DNA of 43,222 bases from Pseudomonadota bacterium (GTDB taxonomy: Bacteria; Pseudomonadota; Alphaproteobacteria; Rhizobiales; Methyloligellaceae). The position numbers and the translations under genes are program-made. Every line of letters begins with the position of its first letter. The first letter of the stretch is position 1. This document shows, piece by piece, positions 18,585 through 28,862 of the stretch. The stretch is from contig JBKPSQ010000171.1 in NCBI GenBank assembly GCA_046735075.1, forward strand, positions 1-43,222, in the 5' to 3' direction. The notes below the pieces were generated by a model, which saw nothing but the letters and a program-made list of their open reading frames with translations, did no database searches and was not told where the DNA came from.

Positions 18585-18941
18585 ATGCCGAACCCATCGA
18601 GCTGCGCAAGGATCTGGCCCCGTATTGCCGCCACGGCTACCGCGCTGCTGCTTGGCATTTTGGTTGTGAAGGGGCCTGAGCCCGCGCACGCCGCGCCGGG
18701 GTTTGGGTCATTGCCGGGCGATCATGCAACCGCTGCCGAGCCCGCGCGCATCTTCAAGCGTGGGCGTCCTCCGATCTATCCGTACTATTACAGCCCCGGA
18801 CGCCCCGGCGGTTACAGCTTCTATTTCGGCTTCGTGCCCTACGAGAAGGGCGACTACGGGACACAAGCGATCCAACGCGCCTTCCCCGAGGTAAATTATC
18901 CGCCGAGCATGCGCTATTGGACGCCGCGCTCAGGCTTCTAG
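18585..18941 (+). CDS. small secreted Pro/Tyr/Gly-rich protein with C-terminal FPxx[ND][WY]P motif
   Basis: GGAGG SD before ATG 18585; signal peptide ending AHA; C-terminus QAIQRAFPEVNYPPSMRYW is similar to two other proteins in the window. Confidence 0.75.
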   Translation: MPNPSSCARIWPRIAATATALLLGILVVKGPEPAHAAPGFGSLPGDHATAAEPARIFKRGRPPIYPYYYSPGRPGGYSFYFGFVPYEKGDYGTQAIQRAFPEVNYPPSMRYWTPRSGF

Positions 18942-19420
18942 CGCCGCGCGGCAAAGAAGTCCTTGAGCAGCGCCGCCGCGCGCGTCTCGTCTACGCCGCC
19001 GATCACTTCCGGCGCGTGGTGGCAGGTCGGCTGCCGAAAGAATCGCGGACCGTGCTCGATCGCACCGCCTTTCGGATCGCCGGCACCGAAATAGAGGCGG
19101 CGGACGCGGGCAAAGGAGATTGCCGCCGCGCACATGGCGCACGGCTCGAGCGTGACGTAGAGGTCGCAGTCCACGAGCCGCTCCGAGCCGAGCTTGGCGC
19201 AAGCGGCCCGGATGGCGAGAAGCTCAGCGTGGGCTGTAGGGTCGCGCAAGGTGAGTGTGCGGTTACCAGCGCTCGCCAGCACCTCGCCGCTCGCGCTGAT
19301 TACCACCGCGCCAATCGGCACCTCGCCGAGCTCGCGCGCCGCCTCGGCTTCGGCGAGCGCAAGCTCCATCGGTCGCACGGCCTTGCGCCTTGCCCCCGCC
19401 TCTGCAAGCTTCACTATCAT
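18938..19420 (-). CDS. tadA: tRNA adenosine deaminase
   Basis: GEVPIGAV, DPTAHAE and LYVTLEPCAMC. The true start may be ATG 19369. Confidence 0.9.
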   Translation of the reverse strand: MIVKLAEAGARRKAVRPMELALAEAEAARELGEVPIGAVVISASGEVLASAGNRTLTLRDPTAHAELLAIRAACAKLGSERLVDCDLYVTLEPCAMCAAAISFARVRRLYFGAGDPKGGAIEHGPRFFRQPTCHHAPEVIGGVDETRAAALLKDFFAARR

Positions 19421-19520
19421 GCGGGAGAAACTGCGCGGAGAGAGAGGCGAGCGTCAAGCGGTGCGGCAGGACTCAAAGTCAACAGGCCGGCGGTCACCCC
19501 CCACCCGGCCGCAGGAGCCA

Positions 19521-20255
19521 ATGCGCATCGCCAAGGCGATGGCTCATGCCGGGCTCTGCTCGCGCCGTGACGCGGAAGCCTGGATCGCAGCGGGGCGCGT
19601 CTCGGTCAATGGCAAGGTATTGGCCACGCCGGCCCATGTCGTTTCTCCTGGCGACAAGGTCACGGTGGACGGCGAACCGCTCCCCGCCCCCGAGGCGCCG
19701 CGGCTGTGGCGCTATCATAAGCCGCGTGGCCTCGTCACCAGCCACAAGGATCCGCAAGGCCGGCGCGCGGTATTCGAGGCGCTGCCTCCGAATCTGCCGC
19801 GCGTGGTTTCGGTCGGGCGGCTCGACATCAACACCGAGGGCCTTCTGTTGCTCACCACCGACGGTGCGCTCGCCCGGCATCTCGAGTTGCCGAGCACCGG
19901 TTGGCTCAGGCGCTATCGCGTGCGGGCGCATGGCCGCGTCACCGAAGAGGCGCTGCACGGCTTGCGCGCCGGCGTCACCATCGACGGTGTGAAATACGGG
20001 CCGGTCGAGGCCCGCATCGACCGCGAGCAGGGATCGAATCTCTGGCTTACGCTGAGCCTGCGCGAAGGCAAGAATCGCGAGGTGAAGCGGCTTGCCGAGC
20101 ATCTCGGCCTGACCGTCAACCGCCTGATCCGCATCTCCTTCGGGCCGTTTGCGCTCGGCGAACTCGCCGAGGGCCAAGTCGAAGAGGTGAAGCGGCGCGT
20201 GCTCGCCGACCAGCTCGGGCCGAAGCTTGCGCGCGAATTCGGGTTGAAGGCCTGA
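19521..20255 (+). CDS. RsuA/RluB family pseudouridine synthase (S4 domain + catalytic domain)
   Basis: RIAKAMAHAGLCSRR, VGRLDINTEGLLLLT and EGKNREVKR. Start set at ATG 19521 (AGGAG SD); 19419 is an alternative. Confidence 0.9.
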   Translation: MRIAKAMAHAGLCSRRDAEAWIAAGRVSVNGKVLATPAHVVSPGDKVTVDGEPLPAPEAPRLWRYHKPRGLVTSHKDPQGRRAVFEALPPNLPRVVSVGRLDINTEGLLLLTTDGALARHLELPSTGWLRRYRVRAHGRVTEEALHGLRAGVTIDGVKYGPVEARIDREQGSNLWLTLSLREGKNREVKRLAEHLGLTVNRLIRISFGPFALGELAEGQVEEVKRRVLADQLGPKLAREFGLKA

Positions 20256-20833
20256 TGCGCATCGTCGCCGGCAAGTTCAGGGGCGCAAACATCGAAGCGC
20301 CAAAGGGCTTAGCCACGCGTCCGACATCCGATCGCGTGCGCCAGGCGCTATTCAACGTGCTCGAGCACGGAGCGCCGCGTTTCGACTTCGAAGGGGCGCG
20401 CGTGCTCGACCTATTTGCTGGCTCTGGTGCGCTCGGGCTCGAAGCCCTGTCGCGCGGCGCACGCTATGCCGTGTTCATCGACGAAAGCGCAGCGGCGCGC
20501 GCGGCGATCAGACGCAATGTGGAAGCGCTGGGCTTGACCGGCGTCACCAAGATCTGGCGTCGCGATGCGACCAAGCTCGGCGCGGCCGGCACGCTTCAGC
20601 CGTTTCAGCTCATCTTTTGCGACCCGCCTTACGGCAAAGGTCTCGGGGAACGCGCACTTGCCGAGGCGATTAACGGCGGATGGACCGAGCAAGGAGCAGT
20701 TGCCGTGTTGGAAGAGCACGCCGAGGCCAATGTCACTTGGCCCCAGCCATTCCACGAGATCGACCGGCGACGTTATGGCGAGACTAAGATCGCGATCGCA
20801 AGGCTCGGAAACGAAAGAGGTTTTCTCCCTTGA
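20255..20833 (+). CDS. rsmD: 16S rRNA m2G966 methyltransferase
   Basis: TGATG overlap with the upstream stop; MRIVAGKFRG, RPTSDRVR, LDLFAGSGALGLEALSRGA and DPPY. Confidence 0.95.
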   Translation: MRIVAGKFRGANIEAPKGLATRPTSDRVRQALFNVLEHGAPRFDFEGARVLDLFAGSGALGLEALSRGARYAVFIDESAAARAAIRRNVEALGLTGVTKIWRRDATKLGAAGTLQPFQLIFCDPPYGKGLGERALAEAINGGWTEQGAVAVLEEHAEANVTWPQPFHEIDRRRYGETKIAIARLGNERGFLP

Positions 20834-20889
20834 CCCGCACCGTCCCCCTTCGTGCTTAAATGCCGTCAATTCGGCTGCGGGGATCTGTC

Positions 20890-21411
20890 ATGACAATGCG
20901 AGCCTTGCTTCTTGCGCCTCTGGTCGTGGCCTTTTTTGCCGCGGCAAAGAGCGATCAGGGCGCCTTCACATCAGGCGTATGGGGCGGCAAAGCCAATTAC
21001 GACAGCAGCGGCAAGTTCTCCGATTGCAGCATGACCGCGCAGTCCAAGACCGGCGTTCTGCTCGCCTTCGTGATCAGCAAGGACTTCGATTGGGGGCTCG
21101 TGCTCGCCGACGAGAAGCGTACCTTCGAAGTGGGGAAGAGCGAGGCCGTCGTGCTGTTGATCGATGCGCGCAAGCCGATTCGCGCTGTCGCCAAGGTGGT
21201 CGACGTGCACGGTATCCTCATCCCTCTGGAAAGCATCAACCCCGTGCTCGATTCGCTACGCCACGGCAAGGTGCTCACCATCGTCGCGGATGGCGCCAAG
21301 TTCAGCTTCAGACTGACCGGCACGCGCGATGCTATCGCAGCACTCGCCGCTTGCGTTACGCGCCACCGCGACAGCGAGAAGGTGGAGTTGTCCACGCCTG
21401 CGCCGGCCTGA
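20890..21411 (+). CDS. secreted hypothetical protein with two Cys
   Basis: Hydrophobic N-terminus, host-like codon usage, predicted beta-rich body (WGGKANYD...FSDCSM) and a terminal helix with Cys. Confidence 0.7.
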   Translation: MTMRALLLAPLVVAFFAAAKSDQGAFTSGVWGGKANYDSSGKFSDCSMTAQSKTGVLLAFVISKDFDWGLVLADEKRTFEVGKSEAVVLLIDARKPIRAVAKVVDVHGILIPLESINPVLDSLRHGKVLTIVADGAKFSFRLTGTRDAIAALAACVTRHRDSEKVELSTPAPA

Positions 21412-21428
21412 GTTAAGCTCGCACCGCA

Positions 21429-23231
21429 TCAGCGGCGCTGGAACAGCTTCTCGATGTCGGCGAGCTTGAGCTCGATATAGGTCGGCCGGCCGTGATTGCA
21501 CTGGCCGGTCAAGGGTGTGCGCTCCATGTCGCGTAGCAGCGCGTTCATCTCCTCTGGCGAGAGCCTCCGCCCTGCCCTCACGCTGCCATGGCAGGCCATG
21601 GTCGAGAGCACATGGTCGAGCCTGTCAGCGACAAGGCGATTTCCTCCGGCATCCTCCTCTTCGGCGAGCGTGTCGGCGAGGTCCGATAGCAGACCTTTGA
21701 CGTTGCAGGTGCCGAGTAACCCGGGTACCTCGCGCACCAAAACTGCGGATGCGCCGAACGCCTCGATCACCAGGCCCAGGCGTTCAAGCTCCGGAGTAGC
21801 GCCGACGAGAAGCGAGGCCGCTTCGCGGTCCATCTCCACCACCTCGGGGATGAGCAGAAGTTGGCGCGAGATCCCGCCATTGGCAAAGCTACGCTTCAGC
21901 CGCTCATAGACGAGCCGCTCATGCGCTGCGTGCTGATCGACAATGACGAGGGCATCCTCTGTCTCGGCGACGATGAAGGTGTCTTGGAGTTGGGCCCGCG
22001 CAGCGCCGAGCGGATAGTCGGCGCCAAGAGCATCACCCGTTGCAGCGGTCCCGCGCGTGTCGCCGCTCGGCTCGGCGAGAGCTTCAAGCGGCGCCTGTGC
22101 CCGTTCGGCGAAGCCCAAGCTCCGTGTACTTGCCTGAACACGCGGCTGGTTGAAGCTCTGAGCTGGGATAGGCCGATCGGGCCGCACCATACGGTCCAGT
22201 GCCGCTTGCGACAGAGAAGCCGTGGCGCGATGACCTGCTTGCCCGAGCGCCTCTCTGAGCGCGCCAATGAGCAGCGAGCGCACGGCGTTTGGATCGCGAA
22301 ACCTGAGCTCGGTCTTGGCGGGATGCACATTCACGTCCACCTCGTCGGGCGGCAGCCTGAGGAACAGCGCGAGCATCGGGTAGCGGCCATTCGGCACGAG
22401 GTCGCCGTAGGCGGCGCGAACGGTGCCTGCGAACAGCTTGTCGCGCACCGGGCGGCCGTTGACGACGAGATAGAGCTGAAGGCTGTTCGGGCGGTGCAGC
22501 GTTGGCAGCCCAGCAAAGCCCTCGACAGAAATGGATCCGCGCGATGCATGCACCGGCAACACGTCTTTGACGAAGTCCTCGCCGAGGATACGGCCGAGGC
22601 GCGACAGCCCATGGTCGAGCAGGCCGGGCGCGCAGGTCTCAAGCCGCAAAGTGGTGCGTTCTCCCGTGGCAAGGCCGAAGGCAATCTCCGGATGAGCGAG
22701 CGCAAGCCGCTTGACGATATCGGCGATGGCAGCGGTCTCGACCCGCTCCGATTTCATGAATTTGAGCCGCGCCGGCGTCGCATAGAAGAGATCGCGCACC
22801 TCGACCCGTGTGCCGGAAGCGAGCGCAGCAGGTTTGAGCGGGGACTTTCGCCCGGCGTCAACCTCGATGGCAAAAGCCTCGGAGGCGCCCACGGAGCGGC
22901 TCTGGATTGACAGCCGCGCCACAGCGGCGATCGACGGCAAAGCTTCGCCGCGGAAGCCGAGCGTCATGATGCGGGAGAGATCATCGCCGGCGAGCTTGGA
23001 GGTGGCGTGGCGCTCGACGGCAAGAGACAGATCGGGAGCCGCCATGCCCGAGCCGTCGTCAGCTACGCGGATCAGCCCGAGCCCGCCGCCAGCAACTGCC
23101 ACATCGATATGGCGCGCCCCGGCATCGATGGCGTTCTCGACCAGTTCCTTGACGACACTCGCAGGCCGCTCGACGACCTCACCGGCCGCGATGCGATTGA
23201 CGAGATCCGGCGGCAGCTGTCGTACGGGCAT
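21429..23231 (-). CDS. mutL: DNA mismatch repair protein MutL
   Basis: IAAGEVVERPASVVKELVEN, GFRGEAL, DVNVHPAK, DQHAAHER, ACH and CNHGRPT. Confidence 0.97.
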   Translation of the reverse strand: MPVRQLPPDLVNRIAAGEVVERPASVVKELVENAIDAGARHIDVAVAGGGLGLIRVADDGSGMAAPDLSLAVERHATSKLAGDDLSRIMTLGFRGEALPSIAAVARLSIQSRSVGASEAFAIEVDAGRKSPLKPAALASGTRVEVRDLFYATPARLKFMKSERVETAAIADIVKRLALAHPEIAFGLATGERTTLRLETCAPGLLDHGLSRLGRILGEDFVKDVLPVHASRGSISVEGFAGLPTLHRPNSLQLYLVVNGRPVRDKLFAGTVRAAYGDLVPNGRYPMLALFLRLPPDEVDVNVHPAKTELRFRDPNAVRSLLIGALREALGQAGHRATASLSQAALDRMVRPDRPIPAQSFNQPRVQASTRSLGFAERAQAPLEALAEPSGDTRGTAATGDALGADYPLGAARAQLQDTFIVAETEDALVIVDQHAAHERLVYERLKRSFANGGISRQLLLIPEVVEMDREAASLLVGATPELERLGLVIEAFGASAVLVREVPGLLGTCNVKGLLSDLADTLAEEEDAGGNRLVADRLDHVLSTMACHGSVRAGRRLSPEEMNALLRDMERTPLTGQCNHGRPTYIELKLADIEKLFQRR

Positions 23232-24570
23232 TCGTGGCCTCTGCCTGTTCGCCGGCGAGATACCGGCGGGTCAGGATTTTACCCGATTCTACCGCCGGCT
23301 GGTCGAATGGGTCGACGCCGAGAAGATGGGCGGAAAGGATGGTCTCGAGCATGAAATGCATCATCAGCGCCCCGAGCGCGCGCTCGTCGAGTACCTCGAG
23401 ATCAATGGTGCGTACCGGCCGGCCTGCATTGGTCAGGGCCTCGGGAATCGCGCGCTGTTGAGCCGCAACAAGATCGCCGGCGGCATGGCCAGCGAGGTAG
23501 TCGGCGCCAGCAAGCTCAGCGAGGTCTGACGCAATGCGAGGACCCCGCCCCTCGCAGTTCTCGCGAATGACGGTAATGAGATGCTGCGGTGCGCCGTCGA
23601 GATAGAGCTGAAGCTGGCTGTGCTGATCGACGGGGCCAAGCGCTCCGACCGGCGTCGTACCCTCCCCCTGCTTGCCGAGGCTCTCGCCCCAAAGCTGCAC
23701 ATACCAGGCAGCGAAGCGCGACAGGCGATCCGAGTAGGGCAGCATCACCGTGGCGCGCACGCCGCGCTCCTTGGCAAGCCCGATAACGACCGAAGCGCCG
23801 ATCGCCGGGGCAAATTCAGCCGCGTTCTTGGCCTTGAGCATCGCGTCTATAACGTTCTGCGCGCCTTCCCTGAGCGCCACGACATCGAGGCCGCGGGCGA
23901 AGGCCGGGAGCAGACCGACATTCGTCAGGCCAGAGAAGCGCCCGCCAATGCCGGGATCGTGGGGAAGCGTCGGAATTGAGAATTCCTCGCACAGCGCCCG
24001 CAGCCCATTCTTCACACCCGGCGCTTTCGGCTCGGTGACGGCGAGGAACAGCTCCGGGATACGATCTTCTAATCCCGCCTTACGCACAGCCTCGATAGTG
24101 GCGATGATCTGCACCAAGGTCTCCGGCGTGCCGCCGGACTTCGAGATCACCACGAAGCGTGTGGTCTTGAGGTCGAGACCCGAAAGCGCAAGATCGAGCG
24201 TGCGCGCATCGAGATTGTCGTAGAAGCGCGTGCGCGGCCGCTCTTCGCTGCCGTGCTTGTCGTCGCCGGGAATGGCCCACCCGCCGAGCTGGGCGAGCGT
24301 CTGGCCACCGAGGCTCGATCCTCCGGTGCCGAAAAACACAACTGTGCGGGCTCCTTTGGTCAGCGCCTGAAACGCATCTTGAGCAGCCTTAATATCGTCG
24401 CGCCATTCGGGCACGCGCAGCAGGGGCAGGGTCTTCTTAGCGTGAGCCTCGCGCAGCGACTGAAGCCGGGGTTCGAGCTTGGCGAGATTTGCCTTAAGGG
24501 AATTTTGCGGCAGCCCTACGCTGCCAATGGTGGATTCGAGACAGCCTTCGACCGATTGCGACAACGACAT
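23179..24570 (-). CDS. pgi: glucose-6-phosphate isomerase (short type)
   Basis: GTGGSSLG, ISKSGGTPET, IGGRFS, QLWGESLGK, GPVDQHSQLQ and PFDQPAVE. Confidence 0.92.
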   Translation of the reverse strand: MSLSQSVEGCLESTIGSVGLPQNSLKANLAKLEPRLQSLREAHAKKTLPLLRVPEWRDDIKAAQDAFQALTKGARTVVFFGTGGSSLGGQTLAQLGGWAIPGDDKHGSEERPRTRFYDNLDARTLDLALSGLDLKTTRFVVISKSGGTPETLVQIIATIEAVRKAGLEDRIPELFLAVTEPKAPGVKNGLRALCEEFSIPTLPHDPGIGGRFSGLTNVGLLPAFARGLDVVALREGAQNVIDAMLKAKNAAEFAPAIGASVVIGLAKERGVRATVMLPYSDRLSRFAAWYVQLWGESLGKQGEGTTPVGALGPVDQHSQLQLYLDGAPQHLITVIRENCEGRGPRIASDLAELAGADYLAGHAAGDLVAAQQRAIPEALTNAGRPVRTIDLEVLDERALGALMMHFMLETILSAHLLGVDPFDQPAVESGKILTRRYLAGEQAEATNARTTAAAGSRQSHRGR

Positions 24571-24629
24571 GTGATGACCCTAGCGAGACTCATTCCAATT
24601 GAAACGTAATGCCGGTCTCGACAGGCTCA

Positions 24630-24725
24630 TGTCATTTCCGGCTCGACCGGGCAATCCAGTAACCCGGCTCTTCGTTCCACTCGTTGCGTGGTGGTTACCG
24701 GATTTCCGCTTACGCTGGAATGACA
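24630..24725. repeat. REP/RIME-like palindromic element, inverted copy of 18032-18128
   Basis: Reverse complement reads TGTCATTCCAGCGTAAGCGGAAATCCGGTAACCAC...GGGTTACTGGATTGCCCGGTCGAGCCGGAAATGACA; 96 bp versus 97 bp. Confidence 0.8.
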
Positions 24726-24735
24726 ATTCTGGCGT

Positions 24736-26103
24736 CTAACCAGGCGCGCCTGCGCTCTTCGTCGCAACGGGCTTTCCGACGATTGTGGTGATCAGACGGT
24801 CGGCCTCGATGAGCCGCCTTGCCACGCGCTTGATGTCGTCGAGCGTTACCGCTTCCACCAGCTTGTTCCGCTGGTTCACATAATCGATGCCGAGCTCTTC
24901 GATCTGGATCCAAAGCAATTGATTGGCGATGCTCGACGAGGACTCGAACCTGAGTGCATAGGCTCCGGTGAGATAGCTCTTGGCGTTCTCGAGTTCCTCT
25001 GCGGTCGGGCCTTGCTCGGCAAGCCGCTTCAGCTCGCTCTCGATCACGTCGAGCGATTGGCCGACCGCCTCATTCTTGGTCGCCACGCTGCCGACGAATA
25101 CGGCGCCGTGCTGGTAGGGATAGAGGTTCGAGTAGACTGAATAAGCAAGTCCGCGTTTTTCGCGCACCTCTTCCATCAGCCGCGAGGAGAAGCCGCCGCC
25201 GCCGATAATGTAATTGAGCACATAAGCGGGGATGAAATCGTCATCTTTCCGGGGGATGCCACGGTGGCCGAACTGCGCCACCGATTGCGGCACGTCCATT
25301 TCGATGATCTCGCGGGTCGGACCGAGCGGCGGATTGGCATCGGCCACCGGCGCAAGCTCGGAGTGAAGCGGTAGATCGCCGAACAGGTGATCGAGCGCCT
25401 TGCCCAGCGTCTCGGCATCGATGTCGCCGACCACTGAAATCACCAGCTTGTCGCGGGCGAAGACGCGTCTGACATAGTTCTTGAGGTCGTCGCGGGTGAT
25501 GCTGGAAATCGACTGAGAGGTGCCCTTGATCGGCCGTCCATAAGGATGGTTCTGGAAGGCGAGGCGATCCCAGGCGAGAGAGGCCACCGTCTCCGGATCG
25601 TTCTCGTCGAATTTCAAGCCGGCGAGAATCTGGGCGCGCACCCGCTCGATGGCATCCTCATCGAAGCGCGGCTTGGTCATGGCGAGACGCACCAGGTCAA
25701 ATACGTCATCCTTGTTCGCGGTAAGCGTCTGGATCGTTCCGAGCATGACATCGCGCCCGGCATCGAAATCCATTCGCATGGCGAGCTCTTGCGCGCGCTC
25801 CTGAAAGGCGATTGCGTTCAAGTCGCCGGCGCCCTCGTCCATCATCGCCGAGACGAAATAGGCGAGCCCTTCCTTGTCGGCATCGTCTTGGCTCGCGCCG
25901 CCACGGAAAGCAAAGCGGATGGCAATCAGGGGGTTGGTATGACCCTCGACGAGCCAGGCCTCGATGCCACCGGGGCTTACGACGCGCTGGATTTTCATGC
26001 CGTCACCCTCGGCCGCATGAGCCGTTGAAAGAATGAGTACGGTGGCCGCCAAAATTGGGCCTTGCCGTAGCAGAAATCGCGGAAACCGGAAGCGCAGCGT
26101 CAT
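24736..26103 (-). CDS. M16 peptidase, non-catalytic subunit
   Basis: SPGGIEAWLVE and SRLMEEVREKRGLAYS; HxxEH replaced by YFVSA. Confidence 0.9.
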   Translation of the reverse strand: MTLRFRFPRFLLRQGPILAATVLILSTAHAAEGDGMKIQRVVSPGGIEAWLVEGHTNPLIAIRFAFRGGASQDDADKEGLAYFVSAMMDEGAGDLNAIAFQERAQELAMRMDFDAGRDVMLGTIQTLTANKDDVFDLVRLAMTKPRFDEDAIERVRAQILAGLKFDENDPETVASLAWDRLAFQNHPYGRPIKGTSQSISSITRDDLKNYVRRVFARDKLVISVVGDIDAETLGKALDHLFGDLPLHSELAPVADANPPLGPTREIIEMDVPQSVAQFGHRGIPRKDDDFIPAYVLNYIIGGGGFSSRLMEEVREKRGLAYSVYSNLYPYQHGAVFVGSVATKNEAVGQSLDVIESELKRLAEQGPTAEELENAKSYLTGAYALRFESSSSIANQLLWIQIEELGIDYVNQRNKLVEAVTLDDIKRVARRLIEADRLITTIVGKPVATKSAGAPG

Positions 26104-26109
26104 TTCCGG

Positions 26110-27549
26110 CTACGACTTGCCTTTGACTGGCGCCTGGGCTGGCTTTTCACCAACGCTGCTCGTGTTCTCAGGAGCGGGCAGCAGATAGCCGGTGACCGAG
26201 TTCTTGTCGACGAGATATTTCCGCGCCACGGCCTTCACATCGTCCACGGTCACCTTCTTCAGCCGCTCAGGCCAGGCCTCGACATCCTCGATGCTCATGC
26301 CGGTGGCGAGCCGCCAGCCATAGTGACGCGCCATGCGCGACTGACTGTCGGAGGTGTAGACGAACTCGGCGATATAAGAGGCGCGCGCGCGGTCGAGCTC
26401 GGCCTGTGTCACGCCGCTCTCGCGCAGATCGGCGATCACGCCGTCGATGGCCTTCTCCAGTTCCTCGGCCGAAACTTTCTCGGCGGCGATGGCGTAGAAC
26501 CCGAGCCTGCCCGAATCGAGGCCAGAGTCAGAATACCAGCCGCCTGCGCTCGCCGCCTTTTTGTCCTCGATCACCAGTTTCTTATAGAGCTTGCTGACCG
26601 CGCCAGAGGCGGCAATCCGCATCAAGAGATCGAGAGCCTCGGCCTCGCCTGGCTCGGCAGAAGAATAGCTCGGAGAGAGATAAAAGCGCTGGACGGTGGT
26701 GCGGCCTGCACGCGGATCCTCGAGCGTCACCTTCACCGGCGTGTAGTGCTCGGGCTCCTCCGGGCGATGACGACCTTTGAGCGACGGGTTGGGCTTGAGC
26801 TTGCCGAAATTCTCCTCCGCAAGCTTCCTCACCTCATCGGGCTCGACATCGCCGGCGACGATGAGGATGGCATTGTTCGGCGCGTAGAAGCGCTTGTAAT
26901 ACGAAAGCGCGTCGTCGCGGTTCAGCGCCGCGATCTCATGGCTCCAGCCGATGATGGGGATGCCGTAAGGGTGGTTCTCGTAAAGCGCCGCCATCATCTG
27001 CTCTTGCAGGATGGAGCCTGGGTCGTTGTCGACACGCGAGCGGCGCTCTTCGAGAATGACGTCGCGCTCGGTCTTCACGTCCTCCTCGGTCAGTCGCAGA
27101 TTCGCCATGCGGTCTGCTTCCATCGACATCACCAGCGGCAGACGATCCTTTGCAACGCGCTGGAAATAGGCGGTCACGTCGTGATTGGTAAAAGCGTTGT
27201 CCTCGCCGCCGTTCTTGGCGACGATCTTGGAGAACGCGCCAGTCGGGATCTTGTCCGTGCCCTTGAACATCAGATGCTCGAGGAAATGCGCGATGCCGGA
27301 GGAACCGGGCGGCTCGTCGGCGGCGCCGACCTTGTACCAGACCATCTGAGTGACGACCGGGGCGCGATGGTCGGGAATGACCACCACGGTGAGCCCGTTG
27401 GCGAGCTTGAACTCGCTGACCCGCTCTGAGGCATAGGCTTCTCCAAACGCAGCGGCAACCGCAACCGAGGCGAGGCTAGCGCAGGCAAGCACGAGGCCCG
27501 CCCTCGGATCGAGCGCGGCCATAAGTTGATCGAGCATCCACATCACCAT
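26110..27549 (-). CDS. M16 zinc peptidase, catalytic subunit
   Basis: SGIAHFLEHLMFKGT, NAFT and ERDVILEERR. Start uncertain. Confidence 0.92.
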   Translation of the reverse strand: MVMWMLDQLMAALDPRAGLVLACASLASVAVAAAFGEAYASERVSEFKLANGLTVVVIPDHRAPVVTQMVWYKVGAADEPPGSSGIAHFLEHLMFKGTDKIPTGAFSKIVAKNGGEDNAFTNHDVTAYFQRVAKDRLPLVMSMEADRMANLRLTEEDVKTERDVILEERRSRVDNDPGSILQEQMMAALYENHPYGIPIIGWSHEIAALNRDDALSYYKRFYAPNNAILIVAGDVEPDEVRKLAEENFGKLKPNPSLKGRHRPEEPEHYTPVKVTLEDPRAGRTTVQRFYLSPSYSSAEPGEAEALDLLMRIAASGAVSKLYKKLVIEDKKAASAGGWYSDSGLDSGRLGFYAIAAEKVSAEELEKAIDGVIADLRESGVTQAELDRARASYIAEFVYTSDSQSRMARHYGWRLATGMSIEDVEAWPERLKKVTVDDVKAVARKYLVDKNSVTGYLLPAPENTSSVGEKPAQAPVKGKS

Positions 27550-27698
27550 AGAGCGGGACCGGAGTAGGACAGTGGCTAATCAGGCAAGATCATCAAAGGA
27601 TGATGCCAAGCCTCGTTGGCGCACATTTCAGGCCTTGGTAAGGCATTTTCAAGCGAAATGTCCGACGCGCAACTTAAGGAAGCTGTCAGGCGGGTCCG

Positions 27699-28301
27699 TC
27701 AATAGTTCTTGGCGTTTTCGCCAGCCGAGACACCCTTATAGCTGTCAGGCGCATCCGGGTGGAACGGATCTTCGGTCTTCGGGGAAATGTCTTCCGGTGT
27801 GCGCGGCGCAAGCGGCTTCTTGGCGGCCGCTGCCACTTCCTCAGGCGGCTTATCGGAGGGATCCGGCTCCGGCACGTCGTCCACCGGTGCAGTCTCATCC
27901 TCGTCCCGGCCAAGCACCCTGTCGAGCAAGGTCTTCTTGCCGGCATATGGATTCGCCGGATCGTCTATGCGATCTCGCTTCGCTTCCTCCGCTTTCCTTG
28001 CCTTGGTAACGTTCTTTGTCACCACCTCAGGGTTCGTCGGCCAATCGGCACGTGCCGTGGCCACGGCGACGCCTGACCCCGGCGGCGGCAAAGTCTTTGG
28101 ATTGGGCGGCAGGAGAAGCGGCGGGCGCTCGGACATGCGAACGTCCTCTTGCGGCCCGCGGTCGCCGGAGAGGCCCATATAGTCGAAGACCTTGCCCTGG
28201 AACTCAATGCCGCCGCAGCCGCCAAGCGCAAGTGCGGAGGCCAACGCTGCGGCAAGGCGCAAGGCGCTGCGAAGACGGATTATGGATTTGATGCGCCCCA
28301 A
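27699..28301 (-). CDS. hypothetical lipoprotein
   Basis: Lipobox LGGC; ERPPLLLPP and WPTNP motifs; Pro/acidic tail; directly downstream of lspA. Confidence 0.75.
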   Translation of the reverse strand: MGRIKSIIRLRSALRLAAALASALALGGCGGIEFQGKVFDYMGLSGDRGPQEDVRMSERPPLLLPPNPKTLPPPGSGVAVATARADWPTNPEVVTKNVTKARKAEEAKRDRIDDPANPYAGKKTLLDRVLGRDEDETAPVDDVPEPDPSDKPPEEVAAAAKKPLAPRTPEDISPKTEDPFHPDAPDSYKGVSAGENAKNY

Positions 28302-28337
28302 TCTTCCCCCTAAGCGGCCATAAAATGCCGAATTTTC

Positions 28338-28859
28338 TTACATCTTAGAAGGGTTTCCGGCCTTTTTGTGACCCCTGAGCAAGGACTCATACAGAAGTCC
28401 CAACACACCGGCAACAATGGCGGTATCGGCGATGTTGAACACGTACCATTCGAAGCCGAAGGCATGGAACGAGAAGAAATCGGCAACCGCGCCATAAGCC
28501 ATTCGATCAATGGCATTGCCGACGGCGCCGCCGATGATCAGCCCGATTGACGCCGCGGGAATCTTGGAAGTTTGGCGAGCAAGCCAAACGGCAAGGGCTA
28601 GACTTGCGGCAACAGCAAAGAGGATCAGCGCTAGCCGCCCCAGCGCGCCTTGCTGCGGTAACAGCCCGTAGCTGATGCCTTGATTCCACACGAGCACGAG
28701 ATCGAAAAACGGCGCCAACGTCACCGGGCTCTTGGCGCCGATGTCGAAGACGTAAAGCATCCACGCCTTGTGCGCCTGATCGGCAGCGACCGTGAGCGCG
28801 GCCACACCAAGGCCTAACGACGACAAGGGCCCCCATAAGAAGTTCCGCGCGTCCGGCAT
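28338..28859 (-). CDS. lspA: lipoprotein signal peptidase
   Basis: WNQGISYG, GGAVGNAIDR, GAVADF and FNIAD. Confidence 0.96.
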   Translation of the reverse strand: MPDARNFLWGPLSSLGLGVAALTVAADQAHKAWMLYVFDIGAKSPVTLAPFFDLVLVWNQGISYGLLPQQGALGRLALILFAVAASLALAVWLARQTSKIPAASIGLIIGGAVGNAIDRMAYGAVADFFSFHAFGFEWYVFNIADTAIVAGVLGLLYESLLRGHKKAGNPSKM

Positions 28860-28862
28860 GGA

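Noticed and set aside
24736-27549. Active plus inactive M16 peptidase pair as a novel system
   Set aside because: A well-known MPP-like heterodimer arrangement in bacteria.
27637-27652. CtrA-like site TTGA-N7-TTACC upstream of the M16 peptidase
   Set aside because: Two mismatches to consensus and no supporting context.
27699-28301. DWP in the lipoprotein as a fourth member of the FPxxxWP family
   Set aside because: It is internal and lacks the FP and the preceding helix.
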